Below, one piece after another: positions 17,865 to 28,500 of a stretch of 64,000 nucleotides of DNA. Both the position numbers and the translations under genes were made by a program. The stretch is taken from positions 11,905-75,904 of the IMG/VR virus record IMGVR_UViG_3300033067_001009; one strand, given 5' to 3'. Origin of the DNA: a virus. Its lineage: Duplodnaviria > Caudoviricetes. The notes beneath the pieces are model-generated. The model worked only from the letters and a program-made list of their open reading frames with translations, did no database searches and was not told where the DNA came from. Positions within the stretch are counted from its first letter, which is position 1. Each line of letters opens with the position of its first letter.

Positions 17865-18961
17865 TGAAGACATTGCTTCTGACAATTTTACTACTCAGCG
17901 CTGCTCTGGTCTACGGGCAACGCCCTACCCAGTCTGACTTCTTAGGATTCAGGGCTGTCGATCCTGTGCGCTGCTCGCGCATAGGTCTGAGATACTTCAA
18001 CACGTTCACCGGAGTGACCAAGGTGTGCACCTCTGTCTCCGGCTCTGGTACTTGGTCACCTATATTGGTGAACGGAGCTAGTTACGGGCATCTGATAGAC
18101 CCCGCCTACGTACCGCTTGCTGGTGCCTTGAATGCGGATAACCTGTTCTCGGTTGCCAGCAACGACAACGTCCAGAACAATGCAGGGGTGATTACTACCT
18201 CGAATCACTTCGTCGGCTCGGCGTTCGATCTAAAGATAACAGCCAGCGGAGCGGATAAGTGGTACTACGGTATGTACAACGCCATCCGAGTAGGCGGCAG
18301 TTACACCGGAAGTAATGGGTATATCTACGGAATTTACAATTCGGTAAACAACCGGCTAAATGTGACGGCCACTCCGAGAGTGTACGGCATATCATCCTCT
18401 ATTAATTTGGAGGGCAGTGCGTTGGAAGCGGTTGCCGGAGACTTCGCGTCTTATCGTGGCAGCTCCAACACTAACCCGAAGTTCGTCGGTATTCGCTCTC
18501 AGGCAGCCAACGCTTATTCGGATGCGACAGAGATCACGGCAGGGGAGTTCTGGGCGAGAACCATCAACCCGTCATTCGCCCCTACCGCTACCTTGCTGAG
18601 ATCGATCTGGGCGCACCAATCGTACGTGGCCGGCACGGTCGTGACCGCACGTGGGTTAGACATCAGCGGCTGGACTACGACTAACACCACGGTCAACAAC
18701 ACAGCTGCGGTCTACATCGATAACTCCAGTAATATCGGGGTGACCAGTAATTACGCGATCCAGTCGGACTCAACCGCTCCCAGCTACTTTACCGGAAACG
18801 TCAGCGTATCCGGTACCGGAAAGTTCTACGTAACAACTCCGCAGACACCAGCCTCATCGTCAGCTGCGTGTACTACAGGTCAGCTCGCGTGGGACACAGG
18901 ATTCGTCTACGTTTGCGTAGGCACTAATACGTGGAAGCGATCAGCGCTGACCACTTGGTAA
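17864..18961 (+). CDS. Signal-peptide-bearing tail-fibre-like protein
   Basis: MKTLLLTILLLSAALVYG/QR; C-terminal PASSSAACTTGQLAWDTGFVYVCVGTNTWKR, a motif common in phage fibres. Confidence 0.65.
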   Translation: MKTLLLTILLLSAALVYGQRPTQSDFLGFRAVDPVRCSRIGLRYFNTFTGVTKVCTSVSGSGTWSPILVNGASYGHLIDPAYVPLAGALNADNLFSVASNDNVQNNAGVITTSNHFVGSAFDLKITASGADKWYYGMYNAIRVGGSYTGSNGYIYGIYNSVNNRLNVTATPRVYGISSSINLEGSALEAVAGDFASYRGSSNTNPKFVGIRSQAANAYSDATEITAGEFWARTINPSFAPTATLLRSIWAHQSYVAGTVVTARGLDISGWTTTNTTVNNTAAVYIDNSSNIGVTSNYAIQSDSTAPSYFTGNVSVSGTGKFYVTTPQTPASSSAACTTGQLAWDTGFVYVCVGTNTWKRSALTTW

Positions 18962-18966
18962 ACTTT

Positions 18967-19548
18967 ATGAACCACAAATACACAGACGATCAACTACTCA
19001 CTAGAGTAGAGACAAAGGCCGAGGGGTTCACCGGTTGGAAAGCCGGTGTTTATGACATTTGGGTTAGGTCGACTGCCGACCTGCCGGACAAATTCGATGA
19101 CGTGGTATACACGTTCCTGTGCAGTCGTGACGGGGATCGACCGATATTCGTTATGAAATGCACCGGTACATCGAACGCCGGTAGCTTCGGACTGTTGCAA
19201 TTCCGTACCTACAACAAGGACGGCTGCGCGGTGCTCAAGTCCGATTGCTTGGTCGAGCATTCCCACGCTTTCGGCTATCACAAGCAGAACCCGAAGAACC
19301 CAGCCTACGTTCAGGTCAAGGATTTCCCGTACTATCGGGACAACAATATGAACCTGAAAGCCGAGGAGATCGGTATCGAACGTCACGGACTGATCGGTGC
19401 CAACTGCCACAAGGCCGGTAAGTTCTCGACGATTATTTACAACTGGTCGGTCGCGTGTTTGGTTCGCAACGTACAGGCCGAGTTCGATGCGTGGTTGCTG
19501 TGGATGAACCACCGTCCGCTCTCGGTCTGCATCTTAAAAGAGTTCTAG
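18967..19548 (+). CDS. Putative endolysin of atypical family
   Basis: Motifs KFDD, YYRDNN, GANCHKA and WSVAC (His...Cys, reminiscent of YkuD-like catalytic residues); lies directly before a holin-like gene. Confidence 0.5.
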   Translation: MNHKYTDDQLLTRVETKAEGFTGWKAGVYDIWVRSTADLPDKFDDVVYTFLCSRDGDRPIFVMKCTGTSNAGSFGLLQFRTYNKDGCAVLKSDCLVEHSHAFGYHKQNPKNPAYVQVKDFPYYRDNNMNLKAEEIGIERHGLIGANCHKAGKFSTIIYNWSVACLVRNVQAEFDAWLLWMNHRPLSVCILKEF

Positions 19549-19551
19549 GAG

Positions 19552-19869
19552 GTGCCAGTGGCTTTTCTACAAACATTATTCGTACTGTCGGTATCGACAT
19601 TCGTACCATTATTGATTTATGCAATAACAAAATGCAAGGCCGAGTTTGATCCTGTATCATTCCTATGGTACAGCCGGACACGCCTTGTGTTGACCGTTAC
19701 CATCCTGCTGATACTGGCGGGAGCAATAACCTACGACGAGGCTTGGGTCAAGATGATCCTATCTTACGTCGGATTCGACGTTGGAACTACGACCACCGGA
19801 ATCGGTCTCGCTCTCAGCGGGTTGCTGATCTCCGGCATTCGTGGCAACAACGACAAGGAGGAACAATGA
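19552..19869 (+). CDS. Putative holin
   Basis: 105 aa with three hydrophobic segments and a charged C-tail. Confidence 0.55.
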   Translation: MPVAFLQTLFVLSVSTFVPLLIYAITKCKAEFDPVSFLWYSRTRLVLTVTILLILAGAITYDEAWVKMILSYVGFDVGTTTTGIGLALSGLLISGIRGNNDKEEQ

Positions 19870-20375
19870 GACAATTAATCTGTATTCTGCTGATCGCGTG
19901 TACACTGTTGTACGGGTCGGCGTGTAACTCAAAGTCGACCGTCGATTATGTCGCCAAGGCCAACGTCCGGTTATCGAACCTGACGTTTCGTTTCGGTCAG
20001 GCTCTGAACCAAGCAGCTGCGGAGGGACGACTGTCTCCGGCGACCAAGCTGGAGTACGCCAACGGGCTGCAAGCCGTGATCGACGGAGGCACACAGGTAA
20101 CGCTGGCGCTGGAGGGGCTGGTCGCCAAGTATCCGGACGGGAACATACCGTCAGCGGAGCTACGTAAGATTGACTTTCTTTTCAGCGATGTCGTCGTTAC
20201 ACCGGTACTGTCGCTGCTAACCAAAGTCCATCTCATTACGCAGGATACTCAGGACTATCTGCTGATCGCCATCACGGCAGTCAAAGTCCTCGTGTTGGAG
20301 GTGGCATCGAGACTCGGTAAGAACTCAGTAAGCTATTACCGAGTGTACGGAAAGGAGGCACTAACCAATGGCTGA
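19866..20375 (+). CDS. Lipoprotein, possibly spanin-like
   Basis: MRQLICILLIACTLLYGSAC lipobox followed by a helical body; lies in the lysis cassette. Confidence 0.5.
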   Translation: MRQLICILLIACTLLYGSACNSKSTVDYVAKANVRLSNLTFRFGQALNQAAAEGRLSPATKLEYANGLQAVIDGGTQVTLALEGLVAKYPDGNIPSAELRKIDFLFSDVVVTPVLSLLTKVHLITQDTQDYLLIAITAVKVLVLEVASRLGKNSVSYYRVYGKEALTNG

Positions 20376-20559
20376 CACACGAATAACCACGGCTGCAAGG
20401 GACGATCTCGTGTTCTGGCTCCGGCGACTCGCGTTGCTGGTCGAGCAGGATCGGGTACAGGCAGAGGAGATTAAAGGTCTTACTCTGCCGCAATTAGTCG
20501 AGCTGGCGAAAGGAAACTGGAACGCAGCTCAAGGCGAAGTTGACAAGTTGAAATCGTAG
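20368..20559 (+). CDS. Small helical hypothetical protein
   Basis: 63 aa with a GGAGG RBS; overlaps the previous stop. Confidence 0.5.
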   Translation: MADTRITTAARDDLVFWLRRLALLVEQDRVQAEEIKGLTLPQLVELAKGNWNAAQGEVDKLKS

Positions 20560-20601
20560 GAACGGTTTTTGCAACTCCCTCGGAGGAGGCTACAAACTAC
20601 A

Positions 20602-21018
20602 ATGAACAGATTAAACGAGAGAGAAGTATCGTTCTCGGGTTATAACGTACCGATTCCCGCTCCCGCTGCTGTAAATCCGAGTGTACATAAGCAAAAAGAA
20701 AAAGGACGGGCGTGGTTACGAAACAGGTTGCTGGATTTGAATTTCATAGGTATGACTACAACTAACAACAAACCTAGCGGTTTCTTCGTAAACTACACGA
20801 CCATCACGGTAGTCATCGCTATCGTAATGTCGCTCGGCACATTGATCGGTGGGCTGTACAAGTACACCTACGATGTTGCGTACCAAAAGGGTGTCACCGA
20901 TACCAAGCAGACTCAGCTGCAACAGGAGATCGAAGCGCTCAAATTGAAACAAGCGGAGACAGAGCAGCGGCTCCCGCAAGCTACTCCCGAACCGACCGTT
21001 GCGAAAACTAAAAAATAG
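20602..21018 (+). CDS. Single-pass membrane protein with coiled coil
   Basis: TM segment ITVVIAIVMSLGTLIGGLY, then a coiled coil. The start codon is uncertain. Confidence 0.45.
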   Translation: MNRLNEREVSFSGYNVPIPAPAAVNPSVHKQKEKGRAWLRNRLLDLNFIGMTTTNNKPSGFFVNYTTITVVIAIVMSLGTLIGGLYKYTYDVAYQKGVTDTKQTQLQQEIEALKLKQAETEQRLPQATPEPTVAKTKK

Positions 21019-21029
21019 GAGATAAGATC

Positions 21030-22568
21030 GTGGGCATCTTGAAAGACATCTTGAGTATGATACAGCCGAAAACTTCCCCCCTCGCACGGTGGCAGAACGG
21101 TACACCTCCGTCCGTCACCGGCAACCCTTTGGGGGATGAAGACCAAGACCCCAACGATGCCGACGATCAGACTCCGCTCCCGAGAATCAAAATTCCGGAT
21201 GACGAGCAGACCAATCCGGTCACGTGGCAGACGAAGTTGCCCCCCGTGAGTGTCGACACTCAAAGCACCGATCCGAGTAAAGCGTCAGGTGAGGCTGGTA
21301 TGGCTCCGACCGAGGATGTTCCGACCCCACTCGTGCCGCACCCGTTTCCGACGAATCTGATTCCGCAGGTACAGGGCAGAGCACAAACACCTGTACCGAT
21401 GCCATCACTGAATCAGAACGAGTACAGCACCAAGGCTCCGATAACCATTCCGGTACCGGCGCTCAATCCGAACCAGCAGACCGACAGCAAGCAGCGTCCG
21501 ACCAGATTGCCTGTTTATCGTAACCGTCTGGAGGAAGCGATCAATGCGCGGAACCAGCTGAACACAGTGAACCCGCGCGATCTCGACCGTAATCCTGACA
21601 GCAAGCTGACGAACATCGGCAAGGCTATCGCGTTGAATCTGCCGAATCTACAACAAGCGCTATTGAACCCTAACCTTACAGACAGGGAAGCGTTTATGAC
21701 TACCCTCGGGTCTCTTATCGGATCGACAGTCAGCGGACTGGTCAATCCGTACGGAGATGAGCGGCAACAGCTTGAGTACCAGAAGTCACAAGCCGAAAAG
21801 GACGTGACGGAAGCGCAGGGTATGTACGACAAGAATCTGGCGAACGAGCTGGGGGAAGCCAGAGTCGACGACATCTACACCAAGCAGGACGAACGGGAGC
21901 GCCGTCTCGACCAGCGGGATGTAGACCTGAAAAACAAGAAATTCGATTTCGCCACTCGCCGGATGAACGCATACACGAACCTGCTCAAGACAGGGCAGCT
22001 CGATGCCAAGGACAATCAAGAGCTGGTCGACTCGATGTCTGACTTGGTCGACGCGAAGATCGTTCTGAACGGATTCAATCCGGCGAAAGATAAGATCGTC
22101 GGTGTTAAGGTCGTGGCCGATGCCCAGAACAATCGGGCATACTTGGTGACGACCAACGCCGGAGGTGTCGTCAAGACCGACTACGTACGTGACGAGAACG
22201 GCAACATCGCGTACATCAAAGACCCGAGGGTCAAGGCCGAGGAGATCAGATCGCAGACCAGTCTCGAAACGACCAAGCAGCGGATTATGTCTTCCGAGAA
22301 GCTCAAGGCTATGGAGATCACCAGCCGTGAGAAGCTCGCGCAGATGGGTATCACTCAGAAAGAGATCGACGGTGTGCAGGATGATTTCTACATCGAGTAC
22401 AAGGCGACCGACGAGGATGCCGTCATCGAACGCTCAGCGAAAAAGGCCGGTAAAGACCCGCAGACCTTGACACAGGACGAGCGTGATGTAATACTCGAAT
22501 CGTACTACGACACTGTCCGTGAGCGGATCGCCAAGAACCGAGGTCTCAAAACAAAAGGAACTAAATAG
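21030..22568 (+). CDS. Putative internal virion/ejection protein
   Basis: 512 aa with a Pro-rich disordered N-terminus and coiled coils; coupled to the giant ORF. Confidence 0.5.
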   Translation: MGILKDILSMIQPKTSPLARWQNGTPPSVTGNPLGDEDQDPNDADDQTPLPRIKIPDDEQTNPVTWQTKLPPVSVDTQSTDPSKASGEAGMAPTEDVPTPLVPHPFPTNLIPQVQGRAQTPVPMPSLNQNEYSTKAPITIPVPALNPNQQTDSKQRPTRLPVYRNRLEEAINARNQLNTVNPRDLDRNPDSKLTNIGKAIALNLPNLQQALLNPNLTDREAFMTTLGSLIGSTVSGLVNPYGDERQQLEYQKSQAEKDVTEAQGMYDKNLANELGEARVDDIYTKQDERERRLDQRDVDLKNKKFDFATRRMNAYTNLLKTGQLDAKDNQELVDSMSDLVDAKIVLNGFNPAKDKIVGVKVVADAQNNRAYLVTTNAGGVVKTDYVRDENGNIAYIKDPRVKAEEIRSQTSLETTKQRIMSSEKLKAMEITSREKLAQMGITQKEIDGVQDDFYIEYKATDEDAVIERSAKKAGKDPQTLTQDERDVILESYYDTVRERIAKNRGLKTKGTK

Positions 22569-25500
22569 ATGTTCGATGAAGAAGCTGTAAACGCCGCTGC
22601 CAACGCACTCCTGAAAATGTCGCCACAAACCGAGGCGACATTTTCTGCACCTGACGTTGTCCCCGAACCTGTTCCGGAGCCGACCCCTGTTCCGCAGCCG
22701 GAGCCTATGCCGCCGATTCCCCAGAACAATGACGATGAGGAGGATGTACAGACCCGTACAAAACGAATCGCCAAGCGGGAGGGTGTCGACCCGAAGCTCA
22801 TTCTGGCGATGATGGCGAAAGAATCTTCCGGTAAAAAGAAAGCACGGTCTTGGGCTAACGCCAAGGGCTATATGCAGGTCACTCCTGACAAGATCAAGAC
22901 GTACTACAAAGAGAACCCCAACGCTGATCCATACGATGCGGAGGCGAACATCACGGCAGGTGTCCGGTATATGAAGCGGCTGCTCAAACGGTACGGGGGA
23001 GACGTACGTAAGGCTCTCGCTGCGTACAACGCCGGAGAGAAGCAAGCTCTCGACCGTCCGGACTGGGAGAAGTATGCCGAGACGTGGTCGAACGACAAAG
23101 AGGTGCAAGCCGGTCGTAAGCCCCGTGGCAAATCTGACCCGACCAACACGCTGAACTACGTCAACCATATTTACAGCAACTACAAGTCCGGAAAGACGTT
23201 CACGGATGTCGGATACCAGATCGACGACGAAGCGGTCAACGCAGCGGCTAATGCGCTGAAAAATATGCCGCCGCCCAAGGTCGACGAGGATGCTATAAAC
23301 GCAGCGGCAGCAGCACTGAGCAAGAGCCAACCTCCGGCGACTACCATCACACCGACCGAGGGTACGACCCCGACTCCGGAGACCTACCCCCGAACAGACG
23401 TTCAAGGGTTCGACAAACAAGGCAATCCGGCGACCGTCGCCAAGTTCGGTGATACCCCTATCCCACCAGTTACACCTACGAGTGTCGACACTCAAACGGA
23501 TGACGCACTGCCGGAAGTAGCGCAGAAGACTGAGGGTATTACGAACCCTCCCGAGTTCGAGTTCTGGGACAAGACCACCGGCCAACAGTTCTGGGTCGAT
23601 CCGGATCGCAAGGGTTTGAAAGATAGTCAGATACGGTTGCTGCCGGTTCCGAACGTAGTCAAGACTCCGGAGGATAAAGCCAAGCAGGACAACACTCCGC
23701 GCATTATCGAGAAAGACCCTGACGGTAACTACTACTTCGTACAGACCGGACAGGTTGCCACCAAGCAGCCGACAGTAGTTCAGAAAGTACGAAAGGTACC
23801 GACCAAAGTACCGGTATCTCAACCATCCGGCGACGGGCAGATACGCTCCCCTCTCGAAGAGTTGAAGACGACGGGACAGACCAAACTCGGCTCGGCAACC
23901 GTAAAAATGGTCGGGCAACCGGACGGGGATACCATCAAGGTCGAGGATGAAGACGGGGAGACCTATAAGATCGACGCGAAGACTGGTGATGTCGAGGACG
24001 AGTCGATGGCCGAGGTTGCCGATACGTTTAGTTTCAATCGAGTCCCGCTCAATCTGCGCCCGACTACTTCACTTGAGGATGCCAAGACACAGGCTACCTA
24101 TCAGATAGCCTCACAGATGAAGAGTAAGTACGGTATCGCCGTGCAGGACTTCGCTGCTTGGCAAGCCAATAAAGGGTTCATTGACTTCGATACCAAAGGC
24201 GAAGCAAACCCTGACTCGTTCTACCAGCCGTACACTACTGACGAGTCGACCCCCAGCACCGAGCTGGGCAAGTCCCTGCTGACGACCAACACGTACTCCA
24301 TCACCCGACGGGAGATGGCAGAGCTGCAACAGTTCTCAGCTCGACAATCTAAAGCACGTGAGGATGCCGTCTTACAGATGATCGCCAGCGGTCAGTTCCC
24401 GACCCCCGAAACACTCAATCGTCTGGAGGTCGATCTGGCGAAGATCGCCAACGACCGGCGTGACGATTATATGATGGCGCGAGAGAAGCAAGCCGTATCT
24501 CTGGAAGACTTCGACCGCTTCAAACGCGAGAGCTATATGCGCGGGATGGACGACTACGAGGCATCGATCACTGCCGGAACCAAGCTCGGATGGTACACCG
24601 ACAAGTTCGCCCAGACCGAGTTGGAGAACTGGAGAAAAGAAAAGCTGAATGCCCAGTCACGGGTCGACGCAGCTTACGGAGGAGACCAGAACCCCGACAA
24701 CGCAGTACGCATTCAGCTGGAGAAACGGGCAGCCGTGGGTGTGTTGCAGCAGCGAGCGCAGCAGTTCGGTACGATCACCAATCTGGTAAACATCCGTCTC
24801 AAAATGCAGCAGGAGGAAGCTGCCGCCAAGCAAGCCATCGAGGATCGGATGAATCAACTGTGGGGAGGAGGTACACTACCCAGTCTTGCTTATTTTGGAG
24901 AGGCTACCAAGAACGTAGTATTCAATTTCGGTAAGGGGCTGTACTCTACTGTCATCAGCGATATGGTGAAAGGCGCGGTCACTATCACCAAACCAATCGC
25001 AGACGGTGCAAGTATGCTGCTCGGTGTCGAGGGTACACGCAATCTAAACGTGTCCGACAACATCGTGTACAGGGCTATGCAGACCGTCGACGACTTTGTC
25101 GACAAGGCCAAACCCAGCACCAACGACGACTTCCGACAGACCGACAGCCCTGCCGGATTCTTCGTGTCCGACATTCCGCAGGGAGTAGCCTCCAGTCTCG
25201 GGTTCCTACTGCCGTCCGTGTCTAAGTATCCGAGGGTGGCTATTGCCTTGTACTCGACGGTCGGTATGGTTTCCAACGGGTACGAAGAAGCCAAGGCAGC
25301 CGGTGCGGACGAGATCGATGCCCAGCGCTACGGCATTGTCTCTGGTGGTCTACTCGGATGGACTGAGATATTCGGATCAAGCGAAGCTCTTATTAGATTG
25401 AACCGAGGAAGTGGCGGGGCGTTGTGGCGGCAGTTCCTTAAGAAAGCATTTGCCGAGGCTGCGAAAGAAGTTCCGGAGGAAATCTTTCAGGAGGGTGTGC

Positions 25501-28500
25501 AGACTATCGGGTCGAACGCTCTTGCGAGATTGACGTACGATCCTAATAGGGAATTAGACAGAGGGTTAGGCAGAGCTATGCTGGCTGCCGGATTCAGCGC
25601 AGGTTTGGTATCGACCGGAGTCACGCTACTCAACACTGTCAGGTATTCCAGACAGATCAAAACTGCGTTAGCGGCCGACCGTGCGAACGGTATCGAGACC
25701 TTGCGTAACTTCGGAAATGGTAACGTGTACCTGTACGGAAAGAAGATCACTGTCACCGACGAGATTCAGCCGCTGATCGACAAGCACACCGAGCTGCACG
25801 ACCGCATCACGACAGCGTACAAGCTGATGGATCGGTTGAAGACGGAAGCACAAACCGTGCCGCTCGAAAAACGAGCCGAGTTTTACAAGCTGATTCAGGA
25901 CATCGCCAAGAACACAGCCAAGGATGTTGTCGAACAACGCAACACGGCACAGGCTATCTTGGATCGCACCAACCCAACCAAACCGGACATCGTCGATACG
26001 ATGACTCCGGAGCAGGTAGCCGAGGTTCGTGAGGAACCGGTGCCGCCGCCCGTCGCTGCGGTCGAGGAAGAACAGAAGAAGTACATCGTTGTCGAGCCGA
26101 TCAACAAGCCCGAAGAGAAAGGGCAGGGTACGTTCGTAGACAATGCTGCCGACATCGAGCAGTCCGGTGTGCCGGAACCGATCTTCAAAGGGGCGTTGCC
26201 GACCGGTGCCGCTCCGGTCGATACGAACCCAGTTCAGGAAACCGCTCCGGAACCTGCGAGTGTCGACACTCAAGGCTACACGTACGATCCGAACAGCCCG
26301 ACACCGTGGCGTGATTTCGTGGAATCCAAAGGTCACAAGTTCAGGGACATCAAAGCAACCAGTCCCGAGTATCCGGCTCTGCGTGACGAGTTCAACAAAC
26401 TCAAGGAAGCGCACACGGACATAGCTCCGGCGACCGAGCCTGTTCAGGAAGACCCGAAACCGATGACTCCACGTCCGACCCAGACACAGACGGAGTATAT
26501 ACAGAAATACGTCGGACTACACGGTGATCTGTTTGCCGACGCTGCACAAGCCGCAGCAGACGAGCACTATGCTGTGGTTAAAGAACACGTAAAGAACGGG
26601 GGTACTATTACCAAAAAGGTGTACGACTCAATGCAGCCGCGACACCAACGTCATTTCGACCAGCATTACAACTCCCGAGGGGATAAGATCACTGCTAACG
26701 CTTCTATCAGTTCAACGACGGCGACCAAGCCGTACCACGTCAGTGTCGGAGATGTTATCCAAGTCGATCTTCCTCACGGAACCCACACTATGAAAGTGAC
26801 GGACGTGGACGGTCGAATGGTGCACGGTCTAAAGTCCGACGCAGACGGCAACACTGTGAAAGAGCGCATCAGTGTCGAGCTGGGCGAGCACAAGGTGACC
26901 AACCTGTCGGCTCCTGAGACCAAGCTCGGCGGGGTGGACAACGCTAGCATCGTCGACGACGGCAAACTGCCCAACTCGCAGTCGGTAAAAGCTGGGGACA
27001 GTATCACGTACGGCAATCAGAAAGCCACGGTCGTCAAGGTCACGAACAAGACCGTCGTTGTTCAGCACGATGGAGACACCAAGACACGCACCATCAAGAA
27101 AGATACGTTCGATGCTTTGCCGGTCGTCAACCACACGGGTCAAGCAGAGGCCGACCAACTGACGCACGGCCGAGAGTTCGGCACCAGCACAGCCACTCCG
27201 GAAGAGGCTGCCGACCGGCAGTGGGAACAGGTGCAGGAAGAGGAGGCCAAGTCACAGCCTGTCCAACCCAGACTGGACGGAGTCGAGACTAAAGAATCTC
27301 CGGAGAATATGGAACCGCACGCTAACGGGGCGACTCCTCTGGAGACGTGGGCAAAGGACAACCCTGACGCTGTACGCGACATCGACACGCAGTACCCAGC
27401 TCCGACCGAGGACGAGATGACAATCGTTAAGCTGTTTGATGATCCCGAGAGCGTCGAGAACTGGGAGAAGTCTCCGGCAGCGTTGTTGAAGATGTTGCAG
27501 AAGCACGATCTGTTGGACGGACTGACAATGTCTGAGGTATCCGACGATCTCAAAGAGGATTTGAAAGAGGCCGAGGATGCAGAAGAACGCCAGCAGATGA
27601 AGCTGGATTATATAACGGAGCAGCTCGGGTACGAGAGCAATCCGTTCGGGGACAAGTACGAAGCTCGCTGGCAAGCGTTGTACGACCGGTACACGGAGAT
27701 ATACAACCGCAACCAGCAGCAAGGTACGGCCACGGAAGTTGCCGCCGAGGAGGCACCGGTATCGGAAGAACCGGCAGCCAAGTTCTATGAGGGCGACGAG
27801 GTTACACTCAAGGACGGAACGGATGCGGTCGTCTCCTCGGTGCTGCCTGACGGCAAGCTGGAGGTCGAGATGCCGGACGGCACACTCGAAACGGTACCGA
27901 TCTCCTCCGTCAAGCCGCAGGTCGAAGAGAACACGGCACCCACGTCCGTCAGCCCCGAGGCATCGATCTACGATCACGACGAGCTGGAAGCCCGTATGGA
28001 TCAGCTGTACAAGGACACTTATCTGGACACTCAGGGTCTGGAGACGATGTACCGTCTGCTGATGTCCGGCCAGCACGACAAGCTCAACGAGTTGCTGACT
28101 CTGATCGAGACCGGCATCGCCCAGACCTCGTATATGGCGAGCGAAAAGCAGCTCAAGAATATCAAGGGCAAGGTCACGGCGAACATCAGAGCGCTGCTGC
28201 GCCTGATCGGTGAGCAGATGTACAAGGGCGACATCGTCGAGATCAACGTCAAGGAAGCGTTTCAGAACTCGTTCGATGCGGTCAAGGCTGCGGTCGAGAA
28301 AGGCTTGATTACCAATCCACAAATCAAGATTGCGCTCGACCAATCTAACCGCACTCTGACGGTGACCGACAACGGTATCGGGATGAACAAGAAAATCATT
28401 CTGGAATCGTTCTTGGTGATTGCCGGAAGCAGCAAGGAAAACACCGACCCGTCCGGAGGTTTCGGAATGGCGAAAGCCCCGCTGCTGTTCGGTAACGATT

